From: Patescibacteria group bacterium
GTDB taxonomy: Bacteria; Patescibacteriota; Patescibacteriia; SG8-24; DYFX01
Direction: 5' to 3'
Assembly: GCA_041659045.1 (NCBI GenBank)
Contig: JBAZZB010000002.1
Location: forward strand, 21,427-85,426
Length of the DNA: 64,000 nt
Of the stretch, positions 9,627-19,030 are shown piece by piece. Below the pieces are notes generated by a model. The model worked only from the letters and a program-made list of their open reading frames with translations, searched no databases and was not told the DNA's origin. Positions within the stretch are counted from its first letter, which is position 1, and every line of letters starts with the position of its first letter. Position numbers and translations under genes: made by a program.

Positions 9627-12600
9627 TTACGGAAGATCCGCGCTCGTGATCGGAGCGATGATCGTGTAGTCCGTGAAGAATCCAACCGGCAGGTCATCAA
9701 TCTTCGTGTTCCAGGTCGTGCCGTAGAGACTGATCGCGATGGCTTCAGTCGTCACGTGACGGAGCTGGCCGCCACGAGAAACGACGTACGTTTTCGGATC
9801 GGATTCCACCTTGATCATCCGGCTGCCCGGCTTGTAGGTGACGTTGCCGCCGATCTGGATCGAGGCCATCGTTTCGTCGCTCACGACGGTCACCGTCGAA
9901 AAGTCCGCGTACCACGAGAAGTAGATCTTCTCGTTCGGGAAGACATAGCGCTTACCGTTGGCGCCGCAGTAGTACACGGCGTTCTGGGATGCGGTGCGGA
10001 TCAAGCTCTCGTTGACGCACGGGGTCGAGGACGTCGAGGCAACGATCCCCTTGTCTTCATTGATGCTCGCGCTCGAAATGAAGATCGGAGCGGTTCCGGT
10101 ACCCGAACCGCTGCGCGGAAGGTCGCCGGCGTCAGTACCAAGCAGCATGAACGTCGCGTCGCTCACATCCGTTGCTACGGGTGAACCGAAGTACAGAAGT
10201 TGCGCGCGAAGTTTGGCCGAAAGCACCGTCTTATCCGGAATCGTCCAGAGATACGAACCTGTTCCCGGTGCCGAAGCCACGACTTCATCGCTGTACGTCA
10301 GGCCGTTGTCGGTCGACAAATCGAGACGGACGGTGTGGTTCGAATCACCCTGGTAGCTCCACAGCACGAGCTTCGTCGTTCCAACGTTCAGAACTTCGCC
10401 GCCGTTCGGCGTGCTAAGCGTAATTGCGGGCTGGGGCGCTCCACCGCCACCACCACCGCCGCCACCGCTGGCGACATCGTTGTCGGTCACGGAAGCGGAA
10501 ACGGTGCCGGAAGAAACGGCATCATACTCATCAGTGGACGACGCCGCGTTAACAGCAATCGTGATCGTGGCAGTTTGCGTGCCATCAACACCCGCGTCGT
10601 CAACGCCGGTCACCGTCACTGCTTGAGGCGTGTTCCAGTTCGCGTTCGTGAAGGTGAGCGTCGCGGGCGAAACCGTCGCTTCGGTTGTATCGCCGGAGCT
10701 CACGTTCAAGACAACGTCCGAAATCGGAGTGGCGTTCAGTACAACAGAGAAGGTATCCGTGCTACCGCTCTCGGAAACCGAAGTGGCGCCGGAAGTTTCG
10801 GAGATGCTGATACCCGCCGAGGCCAAGCTGCCTTCAACACGCGCCAGGTTGTTGCGAATGAGGCCATCGACTGACATGAAGGATCCGCCGAAGAGGACGT
10901 TCCCGTCGGTTTGAATCTTCATGGCGTATACGACGAAGTTGGCGCCGGTACCAGGATCGAATCCCGTATCAACCGAACCGTCCGCGTTCAAACGCGCCAC
11001 GGCACCGCGGGAGGTTCCGTTTACCGAGGTGAACACACCGCCAATTGAAAGTTTGTTGTCTGCGGAGGAGGCAACGGCGTACACCGATGAGCTAGCACCG
11101 GTACCGGGATCAAACGTCGTATCGAGCGTGCCGTTCGCATTCATACGAGCGACGAAGTTGCGAGAAGTGCCGTTCACGGAGGTGAAATCACCGCCCAGCA
11201 CGACCTTGCCGTCCAGCTGAAGATCAACTGCATTCACCGCACCGTTCGCGCCGGTGCCGGGGTCAAACGAGGTATCAAGCGAACCGTCCGCGTTCAAACG
11301 GGCAATGTGGTTACGCGCAACGCCGTCAGCAGTCGTAAATTCGCCACCGACGGCAATCGTACCGTCAGAGTGAACGCGCAACGCGAGAACGCGACCGTTG
11401 AAGCCAGCGCCCGGATCGAACGTCGCGTCGAGCGTGCCATCGGTATTCAAGCGCGCGATGGAGAAACGTGTAGTACCGTCAAAGACGGTGAAATCGCCGC
11501 CGATCACAAGCTTGCCGTCGGACTGAAGCGCCGAAGTATACACGCCGAGGTTCGCGCCGGTACCGGGGTCGAAATCGGTATCCAAACTTCCGTCCGCGTT
11601 CAGGCGAGCGACTTTGTTGCGGCTCACGCCGGCAACCTGGGAAAACTCACCCACGATCAACACATCACCGTTCGACAAGGCGTGTACTTTACGCACAGTG
11701 CCATTCGCTCCGACACTTGCATCAAAAGCCGCATCAAGAGTGCCGTCTGCGTTCAGACGAGCAACGCGATTGCGTGCGACACCGCTCACGGCGCGGAATT
11801 CTCCACCAATCAGCACATCGCCGTCGGCTTGCTGGTCAATGGCCCAGAGGTAGCTGTTCGGACCAGATCCGTCATAACTCGTAAAGCTGCCAGCCAACAC
11901 AATCTTGCCATCCCCTTGAACGAGAATCGCGCTGACCGTGCTGTTTGTGCCATTACCGGCATCGTACGTCGTATCAAGAGCACCCGTCGCTTCCAACCGG
12001 AAAATGTTGGCTTGCAGAGTACCAGTGACGCTGGAGAAGTTGCCGCCAACGAGAATCTTGCCATCAGCTTGCAGAGCAATAGCGTTTCCGCCGCCGTTGT
12101 TTGCCGGGGGCACAAATGTCGCGTCGACTGCTCCGGTGGTCTCAAGGCGAGCAACGCTCGGACGTGACGCACCGTTGAAGTTTATGAATGAGCCCGTGAT
12201 GACAATCTTTTGGTCGGGCTGAATGACGAGGCCGTTTACGCCTCCATTGCCTCCTGTACCGATGTCGAACGTCTCATCCAGTACGCCCGTCGTTTCAAGA
12301 CGAGCGACGCGGTTGCGTGAAACGCCGCCGACGTTCGAAAAGTCGCCGCCGATGACGATTTTGCCGTCGGTCTGAATCCCGAGCGCGTAGATGCTGTTGT
12401 TCGGACCGTCCGCCGGATCGAAGGTCTCGTCGAGCAAGCCGTTCGTTTCCAAACGAGCGACGCGATTGCGCGTCGTGTCGTTAAAGGAGGTGAAACTGCC
12501 GGCAATCACGATTTTGTTGTCGGACTGCAAAGCGATTTTGTAGACACCGCCGTTGGCGGCCGTTCCCGTTGCGTTGAACGTCGCGTCGATCGTGCCGTCG

Positions 12601-13043
12601 GCTTCGAGACGCGTGAGGCGGTTCACCGACGTGCCGTTAAACGTCGTAAACGTTCCGCCGACAACAATCTTGTCGTCCGACTGAATCGCGATTGCCATGA
12701 CAGCGCTGTCCGCGCCCGTACCAGGATCAAACGTCGCGTCGAACGAACCGTCGGCATTCAAACGGGCAATACGGTTGCGCGTCGTGCCGTTCACAGACGT
12801 GAAGTGTCCAGCAACGATCACTTTGCCGTCGGACTGGGTGCCTACAGCTACAACGTTGCTGTTTGCGCCGGTACCGGGGTTGAAGCCCGCGTCGACAGTG
12901 CCGTTCGCTTCCGTACGAACGACGCGGTTGTATGCCGTGCTCGCGTTAAAGGTAAGATCAACATCGCCAGGGGCGGCGAAAGCCGGAACTGCGGCGCTCA
13001 GCATCGAAAGGCAGAGCAAGGCCGCCAAAACGGACTTTTTCAT
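9627..13043 (-). CDS. secreted delta-60 repeat (double beta-propeller) surface protein with Calx-beta/Ig-like modules and C-terminal lineage-type domain
   Basis: Signal peptide; 14 repeats of QxDGKI..GGxF...RVARLxxDGxLDxxF; LTFTNANWNTPQ; PNGGE module; C-terminal KRYVFPNEKIYFSWYADFS. Confidence 0.9.
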   Translation of the reverse strand: MKKSVLAALLCLSMLSAAVPAFAAPGDVDLTFNASTAYNRVVRTEANGTVDAGFNPGTGANSNVVAVGTQSDGKVIVAGHFTSVNGTTRNRIARLNADGSFDATFDPGTGADSAVMAIAIQSDDKIVVGGTFTTFNGTSVNRLTRLEADGTIDATFNATGTAANGGVYKIALQSDNKIVIAGSFTSFNDTTRNRVARLETNGLLDETFDPADGPNNSIYALGIQTDGKIVIGGDFSNVGGVSRNRVARLETTGVLDETFDIGTGGNGGVNGLVIQPDQKIVITGSFINFNGASRPSVARLETTGAVDATFVPPANNGGGNAIALQADGKILVGGNFSSVTGTLQANIFRLEATGALDTTYDAGNGTNSTVSAILVQGDGKIVLAGSFTSYDGSGPNSYLWAIDQQADGDVLIGGEFRAVSGVARNRVARLNADGTLDAAFDASVGANGTVRKVHALSNGDVLIVGEFSQVAGVSRNKVARLNADGSLDTDFDPGTGANLGVYTSALQSDGKLVIGGDFTVFDGTTRFSIARLNTDGTLDATFDPGAGFNGRVLALRVHSDGTIAVGGEFTTADGVARNHIARLNADGSLDTSFDPGTGANGAVNAVDLQLDGKVVLGGDFTSVNGTSRNFVARMNANGTLDTTFDPGTGASSSVYAVASSADNKLSIGGVFTSVNGTSRGAVARLNADGSVDTGFDPGTGANFVVYAMKIQTDGNVLFGGSFMSVDGLIRNNLARVEGSLASAGISISETSGATSVSESGSTDTFSVVLNATPISDVVLNVSSGDTTEATVSPATLTFTNANWNTPQAVTVTGVDDAGVDGTQTATITIAVNAASSTDEYDAVSSGTVSASVTDNDVASGGGGGGGGGAPQPAITLSTPNGGEVLNVGTTKLVLWSYQGDSNHTVRLDLSTDNGLTYSDEVVASAPGTGSYLWTIPDKTVLSAKLRAQLLYFGSPVATDVSDATFMLLGTDAGDLPRSGSGTGTAPIFISSASINEDKGIVASTSSTPCVNESLIRTASQNAVYYCGANGKRYVFPNEKIYFSWYADFSTVTVVSDETMASIQIGGNVTYKPGSRMIKVESDPKTYVVSRGGQLRHVTTEAIAISLYGTTWNTKIDDLPVGFFTDYTIIAPITSADLP

Positions 13044-13141
13044 ACGTAAAAGGAATTTTTTCCTTTAATAACTGTTGAAAAGTAGCAGAGTTCGCTCAAA
13101 ATGTCAAAGGTCAAAAAGACCCCACTTTCGTGAGGTCTTTA

Positions 13142-13216
13142 TGGTGCGGGCGAAGGGAATCGAACCCCTATCACTGGTTCCGAAGACCAGCGCTCTATCC
13201 GTTGAGCTACGCCCGC
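13142..13216 (-). tRNA. tRNA-Arg(TCG)
   Basis: GCGGGCG acceptor, CTGGT-CT-TCG-GA-ACCAG anticodon arm, TTCGA, CCA. Confidence 0.95.
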
Positions 13217-13319
13217 AGACCGTTCGAGTGTAGAAGAAAACGCCCTTTCTTTCAAGGTGGCTGCCTTGACATGACACGGCTTTGTATCGACAATACGCTC
13301 ATCGCACCTGGAGGACACG

Positions 13320-13940
13320 ATGTTCAATCCGTTGAAGTGGTTACAGAACCGCCGGTCGAAACGCTCGGGCGCCAAGGCTCCGCAGGCGCCGAAGACGCGC
13401 CTCGAGTACTTCATCAATAGGCTTCCGCCGCCGAAGTTGCTTCCATCCGATCAGTCGCTCGGGCTCGTGAGGCGAAGCGCCAGTCAATGCCAGATCTTGC
13501 CCTGCGCGCATCCCGAGATGCCTCGAGCGGTCACGTATCAGGTCTACGGCGTCGAGTTCCGCTTCCCACTCGTGGCGCGCTGCAGCGACTGCACGCAAAC
13601 GCTGTTCGAGATCCTTTTCGAACGCTGCGCGGCCTGCGGCCTCGGCATCCCGCTCACGCAACAGGTCGCGATCGCCTGGGTTGGAGCGCCGCACCCGTAC
13701 ACGCACCTTGCCTGCGCGGAAGTCTCTACACTCTTCTGCGGCCTGTGGGGCTGGGGTCAGCTCGTGCCGCTCAACGACATCGGCGATCAGTTCAACCCCG
13801 GCGTCGCAACCGTGATGCAGGATTCGCTCATCGACCAGCACCGCGAGTTCAGCGCTGATCCGAGCGCGAACGACAACGCCGACGAGACGCAGGACGATGA
13901 CACGCCTCCGGACGGCACGCCGAAGCCCGGCACCAACTAG
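13320..13940 (+). CDS. Cys-rich hypothetical protein (possible Zn-binding)
   Basis: TTGACA-17-GACAAT promoter (13266-13294), GGAGG SD; CSDC, CAAC, HLAC. Confidence 0.7.
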   Translation: MFNPLKWLQNRRSKRSGAKAPQAPKTRLEYFINRLPPPKLLPSDQSLGLVRRSASQCQILPCAHPEMPRAVTYQVYGVEFRFPLVARCSDCTQTLFEILFERCAACGLGIPLTQQVAIAWVGAPHPYTHLACAEVSTLFCGLWGWGQLVPLNDIGDQFNPGVATVMQDSLIDQHREFSADPSANDNADETQDDDTPPDGTPKPGTN

Positions 13941-13991
13941 CAGCTTTTCATGAGCTGCTTTTTTTCATACCGAAAACCCGCCGAAGCGGGT

Positions 13992-15035
13992 TTACTTTTG
14001 CGCGTCCGCTGATGAGATCAAGTAATTCTCAGCGACTTCTTCGGTGAGGAGGCCTTCTTTGACGAGGCGTTTCAAGTCTTGCGCGTAGGAGGTCATGCCG
14101 ATCGCGGCGCCTGTTTGAATGACGTTCTTGATTTGTTCCACTTTATTCTCGCGAATCAGGTTGGCGCAGGCGGGTGTATTCACCAGGATTTCGCGCGTCG
14201 CAACCAAACCGCCGCCGAGACGCGGCAAGAGCTGTTGCGAAATGACACCGCGCAGCGTCATCGCGAGCTGCAAGCGAATTTGCGTCTGCTGGTGCGGCGG
14301 GAAAACGTCGATGATACGTGAGACCGTTTGCGGCGCGTTGAAGGTGTGGAGCGTGGCGAAAACGAGGTGACCGGTTTCAGCCAAGGTCAGCGTGGTCGCG
14401 ATGGTATCGAGGTCGCGCATTTCGCCGACCATGACGACGTCCGGGTCTTGTCGCAGCACGTGCTTCAAACCTTCGGCGAACGACACCATGTCGCTCTCAA
14501 GCTGGCGCTGGCGGATGATGCTCTGCTTCGGTTCGAACAGGAATTCGACCGGATCTTCCAGCGTGATGATGTTGAGACGGCGCTTGGAATTGATGTCGTC
14601 GATCATCGCCGCGAGCGTCGTCGACTTACCGGCGCTAGTCGGTCCGGTGACGAGAATGAGTCCGTGCGTCAATTCGGTGAACCCTTGCACGACCGTCGGC
14701 AGCTCGAGCTGATCCATCGTCGGAATCACCTGCGGAATGGTACGCGCGGCCAAGCTGATGTGTCCTTTCTCCCACGAAAGGTTCACGCGGAAACGCGTGC
14801 CTTCGTTTGAAAAGGCCATGTCGAATTCCTTTTCGATGCGGAACCGCTCGAACTGTTGCGGCGTCACGATTTGGCTCAAAATCTTCTCCATCGAGGCGTC
14901 CGTTAGGACTTCCTCTTTATCGAGATCGTACAAATCACCAGAGACGCGCAAAACCGGCCGGTGACCGACGATTAAGTGCAAGTCTGACGCGTTTTTTTCA
15001 GCGGCTGTACCGAAGAGCGACTGTGCAGTGAGCAT
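13992..15035 (-). CDS. pilT: type IV pilus retraction ATPase PilT
   Basis: ASDLHL, GPTSAGKSTT, LEDPVE, LRQDPDVVMVGEMRD, AETGHLVFATLHT, RIIDVFP. Confidence 0.93.
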   Translation of the reverse strand: MLTAQSLFGTAAEKNASDLHLIVGHRPVLRVSGDLYDLDKEEVLTDASMEKILSQIVTPQQFERFRIEKEFDMAFSNEGTRFRVNLSWEKGHISLAARTIPQVIPTMDQLELPTVVQGFTELTHGLILVTGPTSAGKSTTLAAMIDDINSKRRLNIITLEDPVEFLFEPKQSIIRQRQLESDMVSFAEGLKHVLRQDPDVVMVGEMRDLDTIATTLTLAETGHLVFATLHTFNAPQTVSRIIDVFPPHQQTQIRLQLAMTLRGVISQQLLPRLGGGLVATREILVNTPACANLIRENKVEQIKNVIQTGAAIGMTSYAQDLKRLVKEGLLTEEVAENYLISSADAQK

Positions 15036-15082
15036 AATGCTTTCAGTATACACGAAAACGAAAAGAGCCGGGATGCCCGGCT

Positions 15083-15775
15083 CTACCAACCCTTCGCTTC
15101 AAGCGCTTTTCTAGCGGCTTCAATTTGCGCGTCCTGCTTGGAAGAACCTTTACCCGAAGCGACGAGTTCGGAACCGAGATACACGCCGACTTCGAATTCC
15201 TTGGCGTGGTCGGGGCCGACTTCGGAGAGCACTTTGTAGTTCGGGGTGACGCCGGCGGTTTCCTGCGAGGCTTCCTGAAAACGGCTTTTCGGATCGACGT
15301 AGAGTTTGTGCTCGAGAATATGTTCGAGCTTCGAAAGCACGAAGCGCCCGATAAACTCGCTGACAACTTCCCAGCCGCGATCGAGATACATCGAACCGAT
15401 CAACGCTTCGATAGCATTGGCGAGAATGTACTGACGCGCTTTTGAACCCGCGTCTTTCGCTTCGCCGCGCGAGAGATACAGGTACTCGTCCATGCCAAGA
15501 TCATCCTGTGCAATCAGGGCGAGCGTGTTGGCGTTTACCAGCGAGGCGCGCCAGTTGGTGAGCTCCCCTTCCGGGTTCTCGTACCGCTTGTACAAATATT
15601 CCGTCACGACGAGTTCGATGACGGCGTCGCCGAGGAATTCCAAACGTTCGTTGTGGCCGAGGTGGAAATCGGGGTGCTCGTTCAGATACGAACGATGCAC
15701 AAAGGCCTGAACGAGAAGATCCTTGTTGACGAACTGCACGCCGATCTTCTCCTCGAATTTCGAGAAGTCTTTCAT
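15083..15775 (-). CDS. rnc: ribonuclease III
   Basis: HNERLEFLGDAV signature and C-terminal dsRBD. Confidence 0.97.
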   Translation of the reverse strand: MKDFSKFEEKIGVQFVNKDLLVQAFVHRSYLNEHPDFHLGHNERLEFLGDAVIELVVTEYLYKRYENPEGELTNWRASLVNANTLALIAQDDLGMDEYLYLSRGEAKDAGSKARQYILANAIEALIGSMYLDRGWEVVSEFIGRFVLSKLEHILEHKLYVDPKSRFQEASQETAGVTPNYKVLSEVGPDHAKEFEVGVYLGSELVASGKGSSKQDAQIEAARKALEAKGW

Positions 15776-15791
15776 GTTGCGCTTTTGCGCC

Positions 15792-15867
15792 TTTCAGTCG
15801 CGGCACATGCCGGGAGCCGGACGTCGCTTGCGAGCGACATTCCGAGCGGCAGGTATCGCGGCTGAAA
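15792..15867 (-). promoter_or_regulatory. long irregular hairpin in the rnc leader (rncO-like candidate)
   Basis: TTTCAGCCGCG/CGCGACTGAAA base, TGCCG/CGGCA, apical GTCGCT/AGCGAC; ends 16 nt before the rnc ATG. Confidence 0.55.
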
Positions 15868-15880
15868 CGCTGATCAATGA

Positions 15881-16390
15881 TTATGTTTCTTCCGGCGGAG
15901 AAGGTTTTTCCTTCTCGTCCTCTTCACTCTCTTTCTTTTTCGGTTCCTGCTTGTCGACTTCCTTGATAGAGCCTGCCGCGATCATGTCTTTGAAGATCGC
16001 GCCGAGGACGCCGTTTACGAACTTACCGGACGACTCGCCGCCGTACGTCTTGGCGAGCTCGATGGCTTCGTTGATCGCGACCTTCGACGGAACGTTCTCC
16101 GAATGCTTGAGTTCAAAAACGCCGATCCGAAGAATATTCCGATCGACGATCGTGATCTGCGCGAGCGGCCACGCAGGAGCATACTTTGTGATGATCGCGT
16201 CGATGTCCTTTTGATGCTTGAGCACGCCGTCAACGAGTTCCTTGGAGAACCCCTTGTCGTCAAGACCGGGCGCGAACTCTTCTAAGTTGCGATCGGTCAG
16301 CGCAGTCATATCCTCGACCTTTCCATCATGAAAATCGCGTTCGTAAAGCGATTGCATGGCGACGGTTCGGGCGAGATGTCGATTCGACAT
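15881..16390 (-). CDS. nusB: transcription antitermination factor NusB
   Basis: [44 protein letters not shown]. Confidence 0.95.
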   Translation of the reverse strand: MSNRHLARTVAMQSLYERDFHDGKVEDMTALTDRNLEEFAPGLDDKGFSKELVDGVLKHQKDIDAIITKYAPAWPLAQITIVDRNILRIGVFELKHSENVPSKVAINEAIELAKTYGGESSGKFVNGVLGAIFKDMIAAGSIKEVDKQEPKKKESEEDEKEKPSPPEET

Positions 16391-16425
16391 AAAAGGGCGG
16401 GCTAACGTTCTTCCTCCAAAGAATG

Positions 16426-16611
16426 TTATTTCGAGGCTTTGGCCTTCGTCACTTGGCGACCCTTGTAGGTGCCGCAGAATGCGCAGGCTTTGTGAGGCTG
16501 AACCGGCTTTTTGCACTTTTCGCAGACGGCAAGTTGCTTCTTGTCGAGAGCAAAATGCGAGGCGCGGCGGCGTTTATGCGAGCTAGTCCGGCGATGTCCG
16601 GGAAGACCCAT
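16426..16611 (-). CDS. rpmF: 50S ribosomal protein L32
   Basis: [19 protein letters not shown]...CEKC...[14 protein letters not shown]; it is the C-terminal part of track ORF 16426..17178. Confidence 0.93.
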   Translation of the reverse strand: MGLPGHRRTSSHKRRRASHFALDKKQLAVCEKCKKPVQPHKACAFCGTYKGRQVTKAKASK

Positions 16612-16739
16612 ATCTAGAATATCACTTAAAGGTAGACACAGTATAGCGAGAAGCGTTGTGTTTGGCAAGAGCGGCCGGTTGACGCGGCCTTCATTCGGCC
16701 TTTCCGGACAAAAAAAGACCCCCCGACGCCGTCGGAGGA

Positions 16740-17780
16740 TCAGGATCTGATGAATTCGAGCGTCGGCCCGCGTTCGATCGTGAGCGAGGTACCGACCTTT
16801 TCGGCGGAGTACATCTCGCCGTCGATCATGAGCGCGGTCGGCTCTTTGAAGCGCAGGACAACCTTGGTGACGACCTCGCTCATGGAGTTGCCCATGATCG
16901 GGGCGCCAAGGAACATGTTGGGCGCGTTGAACAGTGTGCGCACAATGCCCATGCGCGAAAGAACGGCGTGAAAGTGATCCGGTTCTTCGAGCGCGCGGTA
17001 CGTCAGCTTGCAGCCGAGACCGATTTGCTCGACAGACGACATCACGATGCCGGCGAAGCGATCGTCGCCTTCGACGACCAGTGTGTCGTCTCTCCAGAGC
17101 TCGTAGCGCATCGGATAGCGATGCGCGAGCGAGCGGCGACGCCACGGCGGCAAGAACCGCGCGACTTCGTTCCAGCACGACCAGATCACGGTTTGTAGCG
17201 CTCGCCAGAAACCGCGCGGAGGTTCGTGCTGATAGTAGCGCTCGAGAAAGCGCACGGGCAGACCGAGTCCGACGATGAAGCCATGCTCGAGAAAACCGTG
17301 CGCGCCGCTGATCTTCAGCACGTCGCGATGGATGATATCGAGCGGGCGACCGCGGCGGATCTTCTCGAAAACCTTGTTGCGACCCTTGTCGGGATCGGAA
17401 CCGAGGAGTTCGAGTGCGCCACGGACGGCGTTCACCGTACCAGCGCCAAGAATCATGATCATCGGCACGGACGTGCCCGCGGCGACGAACTTCTTGATGA
17501 TGCGATCGATCGTCTTCTGCGCCGTGCCGTCTCCCCCGATGACGATGATCATCTTCGGAGGATTCGGCACCATCTCGTCGATCACGCGATCGAGATGCCC
17601 CAGGTCTTTCGTCTCGCGGTGGCGGACTTCGACCTCGGAACCTGACAGCAGGAAGACTTCCTCAAGCTTCGTCAGCGTATCGGCGGCGATCGTACGATTC
17701 TTGCCTTTGCCGGCATTCGGGTTCGAGAGCACATCGATGCGATCGACGGGTTTCCGCCTCAAGCGTGGGAATCTGGACAC
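16740..17780 (-). CDS. diacylglycerol/lipid kinase family protein
   Basis: NPNAGKG, IGGDGT, GAGTVN, IDGE; GTG start with AAGGAGG. Confidence 0.85.
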   Translation of the reverse strand: MSRFPRLRRKPVDRIDVLSNPNAGKGKNRTIAADTLTKLEEVFLLSGSEVEVRHRETKDLGHLDRVIDEMVPNPPKMIIVIGGDGTAQKTIDRIIKKFVAAGTSVPMIMILGAGTVNAVRGALELLGSDPDKGRNKVFEKIRRGRPLDIIHRDVLKISGAHGFLEHGFIVGLGLPVRFLERYYQHEPPRGFWRALQTVIWSCWNEVARFLPPWRRRSLAHRYPMRYELWRDDTLVVEGDDRFAGIVMSSVEQIGLGCKLTYRALEEPDHFHAVLSRMGIVRTLFNAPNMFLGAPIMGNSMSEVVTKVVLRFKEPTALMIDGEMYSAEKVGTSLTIERGPTLEFIRS

Positions 17781-17895
17781 GGTGTCCTCCTTCTGCGGGA
17801 AGTTCCTTTGGGACGCGCTTACCCTAGAAGAAAAAAGCCCGTCTCGCAAGCCTCGTCGTTTGGAACGACTGGCTGCGTGACGGGCTCTGGCGCGC

Positions 17896-18219
17896 TCAAA
17901 CCTGACCGGCAAAGAACAGAACGCATCGCGTGCGCGATGAGGGAAGCTTTGACGGATCAGCGTCGATGCTTCCTTGCCGCAGGATACCGACAATCTTTCG
18001 CGAGAATTCTTCGATGATCAGATACGAGTCGTCGCTCTTGACCTTCGAGGCGTCGAGATGCTCGATTCCTAAGTTGTACCGGGCATCAACGGTCAGGAAC
18101 ATCGTAAGCGGGCTTCGACCAAGGCTGTAGGCCCAGTTCGAAAGCTGCTGAAACATCCCTTCCAAGACGCGTTCACTGACCGCCAGAAGAGCGGTCGACG
18201 GCTTTTTCGGCTTGTGCAT
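17896..18219 (-). CDS. hypothetical protein
   Basis: ATG with GGAGG; overlaps the end of the upstream gene by ~47 nt. Confidence 0.45.
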   Translation of the reverse strand: MHKPKKPSTALLAVSERVLEGMFQQLSNWAYSLGRSPLTMFLTVDARYNLGIEHLDASKVKSDDSYLIIEEFSRKIVGILRQGSIDADPSKLPSSRTRCVLFFAGQV

Positions 18220-19030
18220 CGCCTCCGCCCTTTCCCGGAGCTGGCGCGCTCCGCGTAATCGCATCGTACGCGATCCAGATCAGAATAAGCCAGTACCAGA
18301 TATTCGAGATCACGCTTAGGTTCAGTCCAGCGGCACTCAGGAGCGCGTTAAGCGCGATCGGTCCTGTCGCGGCATAGGCCGAGGCCACGAGCGCGCGTTT
18401 CCACGGCCAGGTGCGTTTACCAATCTTGAGCGCGAGCCACAAGACGAAGCCGTGAAGCGCGACGCTCAAGAGGAAGCCGATCCAGATCGCGCCGAAGACG
18501 GCGATCGACATCAAGATTGCGCCAAGGAACAGCGCGAGCGGCGTCCAGCGTGCGATCGACTCGAGCATGTTCTCGCGCGTCCATCGGAAATCCGGAGCAC
18601 TAGCGAACGACATCTTTTGTTCGCGAAGAGGATCGCGTTGCAGGACGCCGGAAGCGCTCACGATGAGGCCGCTCTCCCCTTCTTGCAAGGCAAGCGTGCT
18701 CGAAGCGTTGTTGACGATGACTTTGAATTCCTTGTCGCCGAAGACGAGCGGTTCGGAAAGCGTGTTGGAGAAGGCACCCTTCTTCATTTCGAAGATGGTG
18801 CCGGCCGGCACGTGCACGCGCAAGCCTTCCATGAGCGACTTCGTAGCACGACTCGCGTCAACGAAGAAAACGATCACGAACGGCAGCGTCCAGAGGAACA
18901 CCGACAGGAGCGCAAGGTGCGCCACAGCCTCGCCGGGCTTGCGCTCGTCGAGGCGGCGATAAAAATCCGTGCGGGTCGCGGCAGCGACAGCCGTGTTGAT
19001 CCAGTGGCGAAGCCAGGCGAAGAAACGCAT
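18173..19030 (-). CDS. membrane protein (DUF1189-like)
   Basis: TM, soluble loop, then 3-4 TM with AYAATGP; coupled to the gyrA stop. Confidence 0.7.
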   Translation of the reverse strand: MRFFAWLRHWINTAVAAATRTDFYRRLDERKPGEAVAHLALLSVFLWTLPFVIVFFVDASRATKSLMEGLRVHVPAGTIFEMKKGAFSNTLSEPLVFGDKEFKVIVNNASSTLALQEGESGLIVSASGVLQRDPLREQKMSFASAPDFRWTRENMLESIARWTPLALFLGAILMSIAVFGAIWIGFLLSVALHGFVLWLALKIGKRTWPWKRALVASAYAATGPIALNALLSAAGLNLSVISNIWYWLILIWIAYDAITRSAPAPGKGGGDAQAEKAVDRSSGGQ

